Shown one piece after another: positions 52,001 through 61,886 of a stretch of DNA of 64,000 bases. The stretch's first letter is position 1, and the number at the start of each line of letters is the position of its first letter. Source of the DNA: Planctomycetota bacterium (lineage in GTDB: Bacteria; Planctomycetota; UBA8108; SXIK01); the NCBI GenBank assembly GCA_965223265.1, contig OZ244999.1, positions 8,864,001 to 8,928,000 on the forward strand, given 5' to 3'. The notes beneath the pieces are model-generated. The model did no database searches, had not been told where the DNA came from, and was given only the letters and a program-made list of their open reading frames with translations. Position numbers and translations under genes: made by a program.

Positions 52001-52794
52001 GTGATGCCGAAGAGCTCCCGCACTGCCGCTTGGTTGCGGCAGACGACGATCGTGCTACCCGGTTCAAGCAGCGTGTCCGCGGTGAATTCGAACTCGAAAC
52101 CATCGGCAAACGAGTAGCCCTTCAGGTTGACAGCCGCGCTCGTGTTGTTGATGAGTTCAACGTACTCCTCGTCAACGTCCTTGGCGTTCGGTGGGTGGTA
52201 ATGGATCTCGTTGATAGCGATCGCTGGGGCCGGCAGACGGTCCGGCGGGCACTGCACATTCGCCGTGGAGGCAAGGGGGGTCGGCGCGGCGGCTGTCCAG
52301 TTGGCCGGAGTGCGCGCCTCGAACGTCGTGCATAGGCGCTGCAGGGAGCTCCCCTCTCCGTCGGCCGCCGCAGGCCACGGCGGATCGTCGTCGTAGCGCA
52401 GTTCGTCGGCAACGCGCCCTGCGGCGTCGAGCAGCTCCAAAGGCTCGCCGCCGTTGTCGAGACTGGACGAGTGGTCCCCCAAGACCTGCGCGACGTTGAG
52501 ACCGAACGCCTCTGCGACGGCGGCGCGGTTGCGAGCCACGACGACATAGCCTTGGGCCGGGATCAACGAACCGACAGGGAATTCGTAGCGCAGCCCGCTG
52601 CCGAATCTCCAACCCCCAAGGTCGATGTCGACGGTGAGCGGATTGAAGAGTTCGACAAACTCGAGGTCCTTGCCGGCGTCAGGGTTGTAGTGAATCTCGG
52701 TGATAACAACTGCCGGCAGCATGTGCGTCGAGAGCACAGCCGCAATCGTCGCCACGAGCATCACCGTTCGCAGTTCCCTCCGTCCCGTACTCAT
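49054..52794 (-). CDS. Secreted lamin-tail-domain / CotH-kinase protein with C-terminal dockerin-like module
   Basis: Three LTD repeats (ITEIHYNP..EFVEL, INEIHYHP..EYVEL, ITELMYNP..EFLEL); CotH motifs RG, LHVNGEYFGLY, KN, LPWDLD; C-terminal RAGDCNGDGAVNLSD..CDANADG. Confidence 0.88.
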   Translation of the reverse strand: MSTGRRELRTVMLVATIAAVLSTHMLPAVVITEIHYNPDAGKDLEFVELFNPLTVDIDLGGWRFGSGLRYEFPVGSLIPAQGYVVVARNRAAVAEAFGLNVAQVLGDHSSSLDNGGEPLELLDAAGRVADELRYDDDPPWPAAADGEGSSLQRLCTTFEARTPANWTAAAPTPLASTANVQCPPDRLPAPAIAINEIHYHPPNAKDVDEEYVELINNTSAAVNLKGYSFADGFEFEFTADTLLEPGSTIVVCRNQAAVRELFGITNTVGDFVGQLSNSGERLTLVDAEENFVDSVRYLDHSGWPAAADSLGYSLERIAPRGISDDPANWQVHRTAALEGWHTVTVTGRANSSDLLFNAQGDAEFLIDNVELVDVANPGVNLIANGDFSAGLDGWNAEGSHAFSGVDEDGGADGSAALRVSATARGSSASDGVSTTTVEALDTREAMYQLTFDYRHVVGMPDLVVRIFKASTSNGGVFWQLGDGQQLLSPGAENSFIQADPPPMVDQLHRIPQEPTSQDVTWINARVRGGDIDAVTLRYRVNETETIDVVMLDDGASNDGAPNDGVYGASVPPQPHGSRVIFRIVAEGTSGTRVEPLATDPSRVRGYYVNDLRPDTPFPLYNVILDPNRDAAPQRYLGRLSCVRFNPGAFAFQGDLFPNVDIRARGQSICSRGVAKRPFKIRFRRGRFFQGQRKLNFQSMVTDKVLMREHLAWGMFREMNYPASTHDYIRLHVNGEYFGLYSAMEHPDQRFLARAGLDPDGNLYKSNGGFEEETNEDGDLSDIEEFVERLDTTPPEEMGEFIRTFIEEDAALEFQATHSLICNTDYTFKNHFFFHDLKKDKWRLLPWDLDLSFGKTFNQAFDGPLNDNLWTPGPDPFAGTGMRLLGQVFSFGDGWYRRAYAARLWIAVEEKLNAEVVNDKLGFLRDLLWEEQQLDFDFWGRSLFHLEPDFPIEFGPHVELLRDHMAQRREFIIRRLEEDGFTRPDRLKITELMYNPVGPEEDGEFLELWNNTGSSVDISGWTIKGLGRTEDDGSRSEYFFPEGTTVDVDEVIVLAKDPEVFRQNHTTSARVFGPYPGNLANDGETLRVRDAGPGFPATVDFLLYDGAAPWPQLASGRGHSLELTDVHRQRDNDLAPAWRDSEQPGGTPGVLPLRPPQDVNSRAGDCNGDGAVNLSDAIMTLENLFRGTRAITCHDSCDANADGLVDLADAVGLLNRLYIGDEGSAGIDVGDCREVDGAFCEQSNCEL

Positions 52795-53087
52795 CGGCCT
52801 TTCTCCAGAAGTTCGCGGAATTGTTGCCTCATGACCCGTTTCGGTGAAATCGTTCCCGACCGGCACCGACTATACCATGAAAACCCTGCACAGGAGGCCG
52901 TCAGATCGCCGTCGCGTGCCTGCCAGTCCGCGAGTTGAGCCGGGGTTTTTCGTCTCCAAAGCATCGATGGCGCATGGCTGTGACGAAAAATGCCGGAATT
53001 GTTTGTAGCAATCGTCGCGCTCACACGTCTTGAGAGGTGAGTTCGCTGGAAAAGCTGCATCGGTGACGATAGAGAGAGGAGCCATTC

Positions 53088-53348
53088 GTGCACTTCCGAA
53101 CGAGTCGACGCTTCGTATCGAAAATGTGGACACGTCAATCGCTTCGCGTACTGTCGCGCATTGGCGCGGTCTTGAGGCGAACGCGCGAACAATGGGCTGC
53201 CGGTCGGGAGGAACTCCATAGCGCGCGCCGCTTCGGCTCGAAAGACTCTCCCGAAGTGGACCAGATCAAGGGCCTTGCCTTTGTGCCCCTTCGCGAGCTT
53301 GCGGTTGATCAGGGAGCCTGGAGACGTCAAGTTTCGTCAGCGAGGTGA
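53088..53348 (+). CDS. Putative small protein (86 aa), unknown function
   Basis: GAGGAG SD lies ~7 nt before the GTG; the stop is followed closely by a hairpin + T-run. Confidence 0.45.
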   Translation: MHFRTSRRFVSKMWTRQSLRVLSRIGAVLRRTREQWAAGREELHSARRFGSKDSPEVDQIKGLAFVPLRELAVDQGAWRRQVSSAR

Positions 53349-53355
53349 CACAAGG

Positions 53356-53379
53356 CGGCTGTCGTGCCGCGAGTTTTTT
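53356..53379 (+). terminator. Possible intrinsic terminator
   Basis: GCGGC-TGTCGT-GCCGC followed by gagTTTTTT. Confidence 0.45.
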
Positions 53380-53391
53380 GGGTCCTCTCCG

Positions 53392-53456
53392 GCACTAGCG
53401 GTGAGCACTAGCGGTGAGCACTAGCGGTGAGCACTACCGGGCAGCACTACCGGAAC
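53392..53456. repeat. 13-bp tandem repeat x5
   Basis: gcactagcggtga x3, then gcactaccgggca and gcactaccggaac. Confidence 0.9.
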
Positions 53457-53559
53457 TTGAAAGCTTGCATGACTTGCCGCTGGATCCGAGCGATCGTACT
53501 CTTTCGAGAGGGGGAGCGACGCTGTGGGTCTCTCTGTGGCATCGGAACGTCTATTGGCG

Positions 53560-54459
53560 ATGAGACTCTATTATCACCGCGCACCGAGTGGGTTGCGCAA
53601 CTTCGGCGACGACCTCAACCCATGGCTCTGGAGTCGTGTGCTGCCGGGAATCATCGAACCCGATGCAGCCCCTCATTCGAGCGTCCTCATCGGGTTCGGA
53701 ACTCTGCTCAACGAAAAACTCCCCGAGCATCTTTCTGAGGCAGCGCTCAAAGTCATCTTCACGACCGGTGTCGGCTACGGTAGCGGGCAGCCGCCGTCGC
53801 TGGGAACGGGCTGGGATGTTCGCAGCGTTCGCGGGCCACTCTCCGCAGCTCGACTCGGCCTCGACGCGCGCTTCGGTGTCGCGGACGGAGCGATTCTCGT
53901 GAGGCGTCATTACGAGCCCGCTGCGCAGAAGACCGTGAGGTATTCATTCATGCCTCATGTGATCTCGTGTGATGCGGGTGAGGCAGCGTGGCGGCAGATC
54001 TGCGACGCGCTTGGCATCCAGTTCATCGACCCGCAGGACAAGATCGAAGACGTGTTGGCACAGATCAGCGCCAGCGAGGTGCTCCTTGCAGAAGCGATGC
54101 ATGGAGCGATTGTCGCAGATGCGCTCGGGACCCCGTGGATCGCGATGGACACTCACGGTGTGCACCGTTTCAAATGGGAGGATTGGTGTGCTTCCGTGGG
54201 GCTCAGCTATCAGCCGTGGAAGTGCCCGATGCTGAGCAATCTGCCTGAGCATGGATCGACGTTCATTCGCCTCCGCAGCGGCATCAAGCGCATCGTCGTC
54301 GAGCGTCGCCTGCGACACATTTTGAGCAAAGCGACGCCGGTGCTCAGTTCGCGAGAGCGGATGGAAGACCTCACCTGTCAGCTGGAGGAGTTACTCGCGA
54401 CGCTGCGCCGTGATAGCGAGGCTGGACTCTTTCGTGCGGCCACCGCCACGTCGGTGTGA
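53560..54459 (+). CDS. exoV: Polysaccharide pyruvyl transferase, ExoV-like
   Basis: MRLYY..NFGDDLNPWLW, GTLLN, VRGPLSA, FMPH, AEAMHGAIVADAL..PW and FKWEDW motifs. Confidence 0.85.
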   Translation: MRLYYHRAPSGLRNFGDDLNPWLWSRVLPGIIEPDAAPHSSVLIGFGTLLNEKLPEHLSEAALKVIFTTGVGYGSGQPPSLGTGWDVRSVRGPLSAARLGLDARFGVADGAILVRRHYEPAAQKTVRYSFMPHVISCDAGEAAWRQICDALGIQFIDPQDKIEDVLAQISASEVLLAEAMHGAIVADALGTPWIAMDTHGVHRFKWEDWCASVGLSYQPWKCPMLSNLPEHGSTFIRLRSGIKRIVVERRLRHILSKATPVLSSRERMEDLTCQLEELLATLRRDSEAGLFRAATATSV

Positions 54460-54723
54460 GACGCGGTCCGCTGCCAGTTCTGTTCCGTCCGTTCCCCACC
54501 TCACGTTACCCGAGTGGCTCAACGTCTAGGCGCTAAACGCGCAGAGCCGAGGTGGCAGGCCGCTGACCGAATACCGAACACCGGCTCGCGACTCTGCGAC
54601 CATCTTCCGCTGCCGGCCGCCGGCAGGTAAAGTATCTCTCACCCCGGAGGGTGATCGAAGGGTCTCTCGAAGCACTGCGGTCGGCATCGGCCGTGTGCAG
54701 GAGAGCCCACCCATTTGTAGGCG

Positions 54724-57700
54724 TTGGGTGTCCGCGCCATCGCGGAGGAGGTTCAAGTGCTGGGACGGGTAGCGCAGCCGCGCGGAGTAGCATGGGTAGG
54801 GTTTGGGATCGGCTTGTGTCTTGTCATCGGATCACGTGCTGTTGCGGCGGACTCAAACTACACCGTGTCGTCCACGCAGGGCGTCGTCAAAGAATACCAA
54901 CTCGCTGATGGCGATGCCGTCGAGATCTCTGTCGGGATCGAGAAGCCGAGTCTTCTTCCACCCAATGCGCGTCTCTTGGTTGCGTGGACGCTCACACAAG
55001 CCGATGATCCTGCGGCGATTCCGCGAGCCCCCAGGGCCGCAACTGAAGATTCGGTACCGCGCCGCGCTCTCGACGCGTTCAACATCTACACGGCGCCGAC
55101 CGCGAACTGGTCGAAAGTACTTCACGCCCTCGACGCCGACACGTACGTCGTTTATCGCGCGCCGACGAGCGGGCGGTATACGCTCGTCGTTCAACTTCAC
55201 GACGGCCCCGCGCCGTCGGATGGCGGCAAGCGTTGGCGCGACACTGGCGCCGCTCCCGGCGTCGCCGCGCAGCCCGAGCGGGTGGAATGGCCGGAGGCGT
55301 CATCGGTCGAGATCTTCGCATCCGTCGCGCCCCTGGTGGTTGCCGACGAGCTCAAGCACAGGTTCTACGTTGAAGCCGAGCCGAACGACACGCCCGAGCA
55401 AGCGCAGCCGCTCGATCTCGGCTCCGGTGTCGATGCTGCGTCGTTTCACGTCATGGGAACGAGCGATGACATCGAATACTTCGACAACGGGCGCGTCGGC
55501 GCCAGTGGCGACGACTGGTTCCGCATCGACTTCGCAGGCTCCGAGCGTCGACTCCTCACGGTGTGCCTGTCGATACCCGATCAGCAGCTCGCCGCGAGAA
55601 TTCGCTGCTACACACTCGGCGTCCCGGGGACAACCGGTGAGAAAGCATCGGGGGCAGAGACGGTAGCCCCGCTCCGGCGGATTGCCGCGGCGGGTGAGCT
55701 TCTGTCGCTCGTGGAGTATGACGCCGGCAAGAACCTGAACGAGCGCTCCCATCAACAGGAAGAACAGCACCGCACCGCGATCAACCGCTGGGTGGAGCCA
55801 GGCGAAACCTACTTCCTCCGCGTCGAGGCGAATGCGCCTGGCTACGAGCTTGAGCTTCGAGTCGTCCAGCCGGCGCCGTTTGACGATCCGCGAGTTGCCG
55901 TGAGGCACGGCCTCTACGATCACATTGGGCAGGTCGATGCCTGGCTGACGAACCGACCGCGCGGCGCCAGCGTCGAGCGGCGGATTCGCGACAGCGGCAA
56001 CCTTCTGGGCACCAACTGCATGAGCTGCCATACGCAATCTGGAGTGTGGGGCCCGGCGATTCCATTCGTGCACGGCTATCGACCGGAGAACGTTCAGCTC
56101 TGGCGCCACCTCATCAACACGTGCTACCAGTCGATGCGGCCGACGAACAAACTGATCGATGCCGCGAACAACACAAGTTTGAGGCCGCTCGACATCGGCG
56201 ATGGGCCAGCTGGGACCCGGGTTGCCGGCCACGCGGTTGTCGCCCTTGAACGCTATCTGCCGGCGCGAAAGCTGCAGAGCTCGCAGGCGATTCGAGCTGC
56301 GAATTACGTTCTGCAGACGAGCGACCCGGGTGGCATCAACGCCGCGGGGCCAGGGGCCAACGTTGGCAAGGGCGTCGTCTTCAACTATGCCGGAGAAATC
56401 CTGTGGAGCGCGTGGCGGGCGACGAGTGAGCCAAAGTACTTTCACGCCCTCGAGGACAAGATGCGTAAGATCCTCGAGATTGATCCCAAGTACTCTGACG
56501 ATCTCGGGCACCGCATCGAGTTTCTGCAGCGCTACGTGCCGCGAGACTATGTTGATCAGGTGGCTCTCGTGGCCGGGAAGGATGGCGTCGCGGGCGATGA
56601 GAGAACGCAGCGACTTGATGCGGCACGCGAGTTGGCGGCACGCATCGCGCAGCAAGTTCGAGATGACATCGATCGTCTGCGAGCGATTCAGCTCGAGGAC
56701 GGAGCGTGGGGCTTCGATCCGGGAGCTCGGGGCGAAGATGGATCATGGGTTGTTAAGAACAAGAAGGCCGATCCGTCGCCCACGGCTCTGGCTCTGATCG
56801 CATTCGAGGCGGCGGGCGTCAAACGGGACGATCCGACAGTCGCGAAGGGGATCCAGGCGCTTCTCAAGCAGCAGCTGCCGACCGGGCTGTGGAAGGTCGA
56901 GTCGGCGACCGGGTTTGTCGGCACCAGCTACGCTCTCCACGCGCTGGCACGGTACTTCCCGACCGACGCGCCGACATGGAAGCCAGAAGATTTTGCTTCG
57001 GCAGAGGGCGAACCGCTGGTTGCAGCGCTGCGTCGCGTTCGAGACCTCTCCACGATCGGGTCAGCCGAGATGATCCCACTGCTGGTCGAGGCTGCGTCTG
57101 ACGCCAGTCCGCTGGTGCGCTACTGGGCAATGATCGGTCTTGGGGCGTCCCCCAGCGAGGCGAGCGTGGCCCCGCTCGTAGCTGCGCTGGACGACCGCGC
57201 CAAACCCGTGCGCGAGGCGGCGCATTGGGCTCTGCGGCAGAATCTCATCGACGATCGCGGTTGGGATGACGTCTTCGCGGTCCTCGCCTCTGGCGGCGAC
57301 CGCGCGCGCGAGTCGGCACTGCGCGCGTTGGTGATGAAAGTCGATGGCGTCTTGACGCACAGTCGCGTCGGGTGGGAACGACTCGTAGCGGCGCTGGATC
57401 GCTCCATGAACGACGACCCGCACCCCGGTGTGCGAGCGTGGACGATGAAGGCGGCGTGGCAGTGGTGGATTTGGAATCCACCCGTTCGTGCGGGAATCAA
57501 TGCGGCTTGGACGCGCCTTCTCCAGCGTCCGGAAGAGAACATCGCGGCAGAGAACACGCTTCGCTATCAAAGCCACGCGCTGTTGATTGCTAATGGTCAT
57601 GTTGCCAACGGCAGCAAGGAACATCAGTACACAGAGCTCGGCGATCTTCTCAAGAAGCTTCGCGAGGTTTACACGGCGGCTCGAAAGAACGACGCGCAGT

Positions 57701-59208
57701 TAGCAGCGCGTATGACGAAGCGTTTGGTCGCGCTTGCCGCAACGTATCACGGCATGCGTGGAGGTGATGGGGGACCCGGGCAGATGGGATACATCACTCC
57801 TGGCGCCAGCGAGCTCTTCAGTGACGCGATTCTCAGCTTCTTCCCGGAGGTCGAGGCACTTTCGCCGGGCGCTGAATATGAGCGTCGTCTTCAGCTCGTT
57901 CTTGAGGGCGCGGCCAACATTCCGCGCAAGCCTCTACAGGAGAAGTTGATCAAGTATTCGCTAGAAGGGCCTGAGAAGTTTCGCGCTCTAGCGTCGTCGA
58001 GTATTTCCGATCCGAAGCTTGTCCAGCTTGTGGCTGTACCTGAGCGTTTGGAGCCTATGTACGCACAGCTTCAGCGTGGCGCTCGCGAGCCAGACCGCCG
58101 ACCGCAGCTTTCCGAGCCGATTCTGAAAATGTTCGGCCGCGTGCGCTGGCTGATCCCAGAGTCGCGAGAGCAGCGTGAGAGCATTCTCGAGTACTTGATT
58201 CCCGCTTTCGACGGCTACCCATCGCGGGCGGAGATCGAAGCTGTCGAGGATGCGGCAACCCGTGCGGAGAAGGAGCAAGCTGAGGAGTCACACTGGTATC
58301 TCGCGAGTCGGCTCGGCGCAGCCATCGCTGAGAACATCGATCTCCACTTCGACACCATGACGGAGGCGTTTCCGCAGAGCTTTGGGAATGACGCAGAGGC
58401 TCAGTTCTGGCTCCGCAGCGTCGCCTGGATTCTTGGCTACAAGCGCGATCTGCCGAATGTCGTCATTGATCCGGAGGTCTTGCCGCCGCTTGATCCTCAC
58501 GAGGAGCTGAGAACGCGGGCCGTGAGTCTCTTTTTGACGCAACTCACTCCCGAGGCGGAGGCGAGGAATCGTAAGACTGCGGTGGCGCTCGCGAATGGTT
58601 CGGCACTGCGCCGTAACCCTGAGATTCTTACGGCGCTTGAAGCGCTGGTGTCGCGCGAGAAGGATCAAGAGATCGTCGAGACGGCCAAGAAGGCCCTGTC
58701 GAATAGCCGCGGCCAGTTCATGGAACGATTGCGCGGGGCGGTGAAGGCCGAGAGCCCCAGGCGGATGCCTGCCGATTCGGACGGTGAACCAGCGATGCCG
58801 CCAGAGTTCGTGGAAGACTTCGTCTACTTCCGCGACTACGTCGCGCCCGAGATGTACCGCGTGCTCCGCACCGATAGCCGCAGTTGCATAGCGTGTCATG
58901 GCAAGAAAGAGCGTACACCGATGTTCTTGCATGAACCGGACGACGTCGGCTATCTGCCGGTCGACCAGTTGCTAGAAAACTATCGCACGCTGCAGGCGCG
59001 GATTGACTACCGTCAATTCGAGGCGAGCAAGATTCTTCGCAAACCGCTCAACATCCAGACGGGCAAGGAAGATGGGCACCAGGGCGGGCGCCGTTACGGT
59101 CCGGACGACCCTGGTTACGAGCTCCTTCGGCGTTGGGTCCTCCACCAGGTCGAGCACCAGGCTCATCTCGGCATCCTGAGCTCACCGCTGCGGATGCGGC
59201 GCTTCTGA
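54724..59208 (+). CDS. Large exported multidomain protein: PPC-like, CxxCH x2, prenyltransferase/squalene-cyclase QW-like repeats, HEAT repeats
   Basis: EAEPNDTPEQAQPL, CMSCH, QLEDGAW, QLPTGLW, D..PLVRYWA / D..KPVREAA HEAT repeats and CIACH. Start uncertain. Confidence 0.75.
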   Translation: MGVRAIAEEVQVLGRVAQPRGVAWVGFGIGLCLVIGSRAVAADSNYTVSSTQGVVKEYQLADGDAVEISVGIEKPSLLPPNARLLVAWTLTQADDPAAIPRAPRAATEDSVPRRALDAFNIYTAPTANWSKVLHALDADTYVVYRAPTSGRYTLVVQLHDGPAPSDGGKRWRDTGAAPGVAAQPERVEWPEASSVEIFASVAPLVVADELKHRFYVEAEPNDTPEQAQPLDLGSGVDAASFHVMGTSDDIEYFDNGRVGASGDDWFRIDFAGSERRLLTVCLSIPDQQLAARIRCYTLGVPGTTGEKASGAETVAPLRRIAAAGELLSLVEYDAGKNLNERSHQQEEQHRTAINRWVEPGETYFLRVEANAPGYELELRVVQPAPFDDPRVAVRHGLYDHIGQVDAWLTNRPRGASVERRIRDSGNLLGTNCMSCHTQSGVWGPAIPFVHGYRPENVQLWRHLINTCYQSMRPTNKLIDAANNTSLRPLDIGDGPAGTRVAGHAVVALERYLPARKLQSSQAIRAANYVLQTSDPGGINAAGPGANVGKGVVFNYAGEILWSAWRATSEPKYFHALEDKMRKILEIDPKYSDDLGHRIEFLQRYVPRDYVDQVALVAGKDGVAGDERTQRLDAARELAARIAQQVRDDIDRLRAIQLEDGAWGFDPGARGEDGSWVVKNKKADPSPTALALIAFEAAGVKRDDPTVAKGIQALLKQQLPTGLWKVESATGFVGTSYALHALARYFPTDAPTWKPEDFASAEGEPLVAALRRVRDLSTIGSAEMIPLLVEAASDASPLVRYWAMIGLGASPSEASVAPLVAALDDRAKPVREAAHWALRQNLIDDRGWDDVFAVLASGGDRARESALRALVMKVDGVLTHSRVGWERLVAALDRSMNDDPHPGVRAWTMKAAWQWWIWNPPVRAGINAAWTRLLQRPEENIAAENTLRYQSHALLIANGHVANGSKEHQYTELGDLLKKLREVYTAARKNDAQLAARMTKRLVALAATYHGMRGGDGGPGQMGYITPGASELFSDAILSFFPEVEALSPGAEYERRLQLVLEGAANIPRKPLQEKLIKYSLEGPEKFRALASSSISDPKLVQLVAVPERLEPMYAQLQRGAREPDRRPQLSEPILKMFGRVRWLIPESREQRESILEYLIPAFDGYPSRAEIEAVEDAATRAEKEQAEESHWYLASRLGAAIAENIDLHFDTMTEAFPQSFGNDAEAQFWLRSVAWILGYKRDLPNVVIDPEVLPPLDPHEELRTRAVSLFLTQLTPEAEARNRKTAVALANGSALRRNPEILTALEALVSREKDQEIVETAKKALSNSRGQFMERLRGAVKAESPRRMPADSDGEPAMPPEFVEDFVYFRDYVAPEMYRVLRTDSRSCIACHGKKERTPMFLHEPDDVGYLPVDQLLENYRTLQARIDYRQFEASKILRKPLNIQTGKEDGHQGGRRYGPDDPGYELLRRWVLHQVEHQAHLGILSSPLRMRRF

Positions 59209-59481
59209 CCGGCAGGTCCTGCGCACAAGGTGGCGGCAACTCTGTATGCCGTCCGCTTCTTTTTTGGGCTGCGCGTGGATCCCGCTGCAACCGGCTGCAG
59301 AGCGGGTAGAATGTAAGGATAACCCAACGGGTGCGAAAGATCGTGAGATGTCGCTCCGCGCGTCGTGGAAGCTGCCGTCTTTGTGAGCTTTCGTTGCCGG
59401 CGTTGGGATTGAGCCTGCGTTCCAAACGAACTACCGCGCTTTCTGTGAGCGCCACCGAGGCAGTGCCCTGGAGGTCACGTC

Positions 59482-61395
59482 ATGACGCGATCGCTTGTCG
59501 CCCTCAGTTGCTTGATCGCTCTTGTGTTCGTTTTCGAATCAGCCGCGACCGTTGCGGACGATGCACCGAACACAGCAGTCAAGCCGGCGCCGGCCGACGG
59601 GGCCGAAACGCCCGAAGTTTCCAAGCCTTCCGTGGTCCCGGTGTTCTCACTCTCCGGACCGATCGCCGAGACGCCGCCGAGCGATTTGGGATTCCCATTC
59701 CACGGTGCTCAACCCGAATCGCTCAAGGGGCTCGTTGAACGTCTCAAGAAGGCCCAAACGGACGACCGCGTCCGCCGCGTCGTCGTCTTGCTTGAGAATC
59801 CGCAACTCGGCCTCGGTCAGATCGAAGAGCTCAGGGAGGCGTTCGAAGCGCTCAAGAGCGCGGGCAAAGAGGTCCACGCTCACGTCGATACTTTGACGCT
59901 ACCGCAATACGCTCTTCTGGCGGCTGCCTCGCGCATCAGCATGCCGCCGAATGGCTATCTTTTCTTGACCGGGTTCTATCTCGAGCAACCTTTTGTGCGC
60001 GGTCTTCTCGACAAGATCGGCGTGCAGCCCGATTTTTTGACATGCGGCGAGTACAAGAGTGCCGCAGAAATGTTCATGCGCACGCAGCCGAGTGCAGCCA
60101 ACGCGCGCATGACGAACTGGCTTCTCGATAGTTGGTTCGAGAGTGTGGTCACCGGCATCGCCGCCGCCCGCGGTCTTGGTGAGGAGCAAGTTCGCGTAGC
60201 GATCGACTCGGGGCTTTTTAGTGCCACCCAGGCGAAGGATCTTGGGCTGATCGACGCGGTCGAGTTTCGCCGCGATTTCGTCACTCATTTGAAGCAGGAT
60301 TCAGCGGACAACTTTCGTCTGGCGAAGCGGTACGGGAAGAAGAAGATGCGAAGCGTCGACTTCTCCTCGCCGTTTGCGCTCTTCAGCTTTTGGGGTGAAA
60401 TCCTTGGCGCCGGTAGGAAGAAGGCTGCGAGACGGGACGCCGTAGCGATTGTCTACGTCGACGGTCCCATTCTTCCGGGTAGTCCGACGCCGGACCCGTT
60501 TGGCGGTACCACCGGTGCGTACAGCGTTCCGATCAGCAAGGCGCTAGAGAAAGTGGCTGCCGATGACAGCATCAAAGCCGTCGTCTTACGGGTGAATTCA
60601 CCCGGGGGCTCGGCGGTTGCGAGCGAGGTCATTCACGACGCCACGCAGAGGGTCAGGAGTCAGAAGCCGTTCGTGGTCTCCATGGGAGACATCGCAGGCA
60701 GTGGCGGCTACTACGTTGCTTGTGGCGCCGAGGTGATCTTTGCAGATGCGTCAACACTGACGGGATCCATCGGTGTTGTCGGCGGCAAGTTTGCGACCAC
60801 CGAGATGTGGAAACGTCTTGGCGTCGAATGGAAACCGTACGCGCGCGGTAGTCGTGCCGGGATCATGCGATCGGGCGCAGTCTTTCGTGTCGATGAGCGT
60901 GATCGAGTCCAAGAATGGATGGATGGCATCTATGCGAAGTTCAAAGAGCGTGTGCGAACTGGTCGTGGAGGCAGGCTGAAAAAACCCATCGACGAGGTCG
61001 CGGGTGGGCGCGTCTATACAGGTCGTCAAGCGCTCGAGCTCGGTCTTGTCGATCGTCTCGGAGGACTTGCCGCGGCCGTCGAATTCGCTGCAGCGCAGGC
61101 GCAGCTCGAGCGCTACGACGTGCGCATCGTGCCCCGTCCGCAGAACTTCATGGAAACTCTGTTCGAGGGCTTAGGAGGTTCTGAGCCAGACGACGACGAA
61201 ACCTTGTGGATTCGATCGACAGCGCTTGGCGGTAGCGGCAAGGCGACGCTGATCGATGCGCTGCTGCCGCTTTTGGCCGGCCTTGAGCCGCAGCGCGTCC
61301 GTGCGGTCGAGGCGGCTCTCGTGCAGCTCGAGCTCTTCCGCCATGAGCCCGTACTCATGTCCATGCCGATCCTGACGCTTGGCGCGTCGAGGTAG
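59482..61395 (+). CDS. sppA: Signal peptide peptidase SppA (67K type, S49)
   Basis: GEYKSAAE, LRVNSPGGS, SMGDIAGSGGYY, TGSIGV and GGRVYTGRQA motifs. Confidence 0.94.
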   Translation: MTRSLVALSCLIALVFVFESAATVADDAPNTAVKPAPADGAETPEVSKPSVVPVFSLSGPIAETPPSDLGFPFHGAQPESLKGLVERLKKAQTDDRVRRVVVLLENPQLGLGQIEELREAFEALKSAGKEVHAHVDTLTLPQYALLAAASRISMPPNGYLFLTGFYLEQPFVRGLLDKIGVQPDFLTCGEYKSAAEMFMRTQPSAANARMTNWLLDSWFESVVTGIAAARGLGEEQVRVAIDSGLFSATQAKDLGLIDAVEFRRDFVTHLKQDSADNFRLAKRYGKKKMRSVDFSSPFALFSFWGEILGAGRKKAARRDAVAIVYVDGPILPGSPTPDPFGGTTGAYSVPISKALEKVAADDSIKAVVLRVNSPGGSAVASEVIHDATQRVRSQKPFVVSMGDIAGSGGYYVACGAEVIFADASTLTGSIGVVGGKFATTEMWKRLGVEWKPYARGSRAGIMRSGAVFRVDERDRVQEWMDGIYAKFKERVRTGRGGRLKKPIDEVAGGRVYTGRQALELGLVDRLGGLAAAVEFAAAQAQLERYDVRIVPRPQNFMETLFEGLGGSEPDDDETLWIRSTALGGSGKATLIDALLPLLAGLEPQRVRAVEAALVQLELFRHEPVLMSMPILTLGASR

Positions 61396-61448
61396 CGTTC
61401 GGAGCGCGAGCTGCTTCGGTGACCGCTTGCGTTTGCGGACGGTCTTGC

Positions 61449-61610
61449 GTCGTTGACTTGGTTTCCTTCGTTCAACTCTTGTTCTGATCTTTTGAATGTT
61501 GAACAGAAGCAAACGAAGCCAACGAAGATCAGGCAGAGAAGCGGCAGGCGCTCGAGGATCCACGCCCACGCCCTCGGTCCACGGTCCACGGTCCACGGTC
61601 CACGCCCACG
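61449..61610 (-). repeat. Type-B palindromic repeat (inverted relative to 31626-31714) plus (CGGTCCA)4
   Basis: cgttgacttggtttccttcgttcaactcttgttctgatc...ttgaacagaagcaaacgaagccaacgaagatcaggcagagaagc; heptamers at 61575-61602. Confidence 0.85.
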
Positions 61611-61886
61611 CAAACTCCCACGGGAACGGATGCCCACTCGCCAACGCCTCCCGCCCGGAACCGACTCGCCCCACACACCCGGAGCGTCCGCATGGCCTAA
61701 CGCGGTGGATTTTCGTCCGAGATCTTTTGTCTGCTCACGGCGCTCCCAGTCGTTGGAACGTGAGACCGCCCCACGAGGGTGCGCTCGCGACCGGATCCAC
61801 TCTATCAATTCTGCTGCGGCTCGTGATCGATCGGTTAGACTGGAACGTCTCCGATTCTGGCTCCATCTCGAACCCGGAAATCCATC

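Noticed and set aside
52791-53330. 179-aa minus-strand ORF upstream of the CotH gene
   Set aside because: No recognisable motifs; it overlaps the better-supported plus-strand small ORF and the probable promoter (TGGTATAGT on the minus strand, ~52869-52877).
53392-53456. Mini-CRISPR or iterons
   Set aside because: Head-to-tail 13-bp units with no spacers, and no rep or cas gene nearby.
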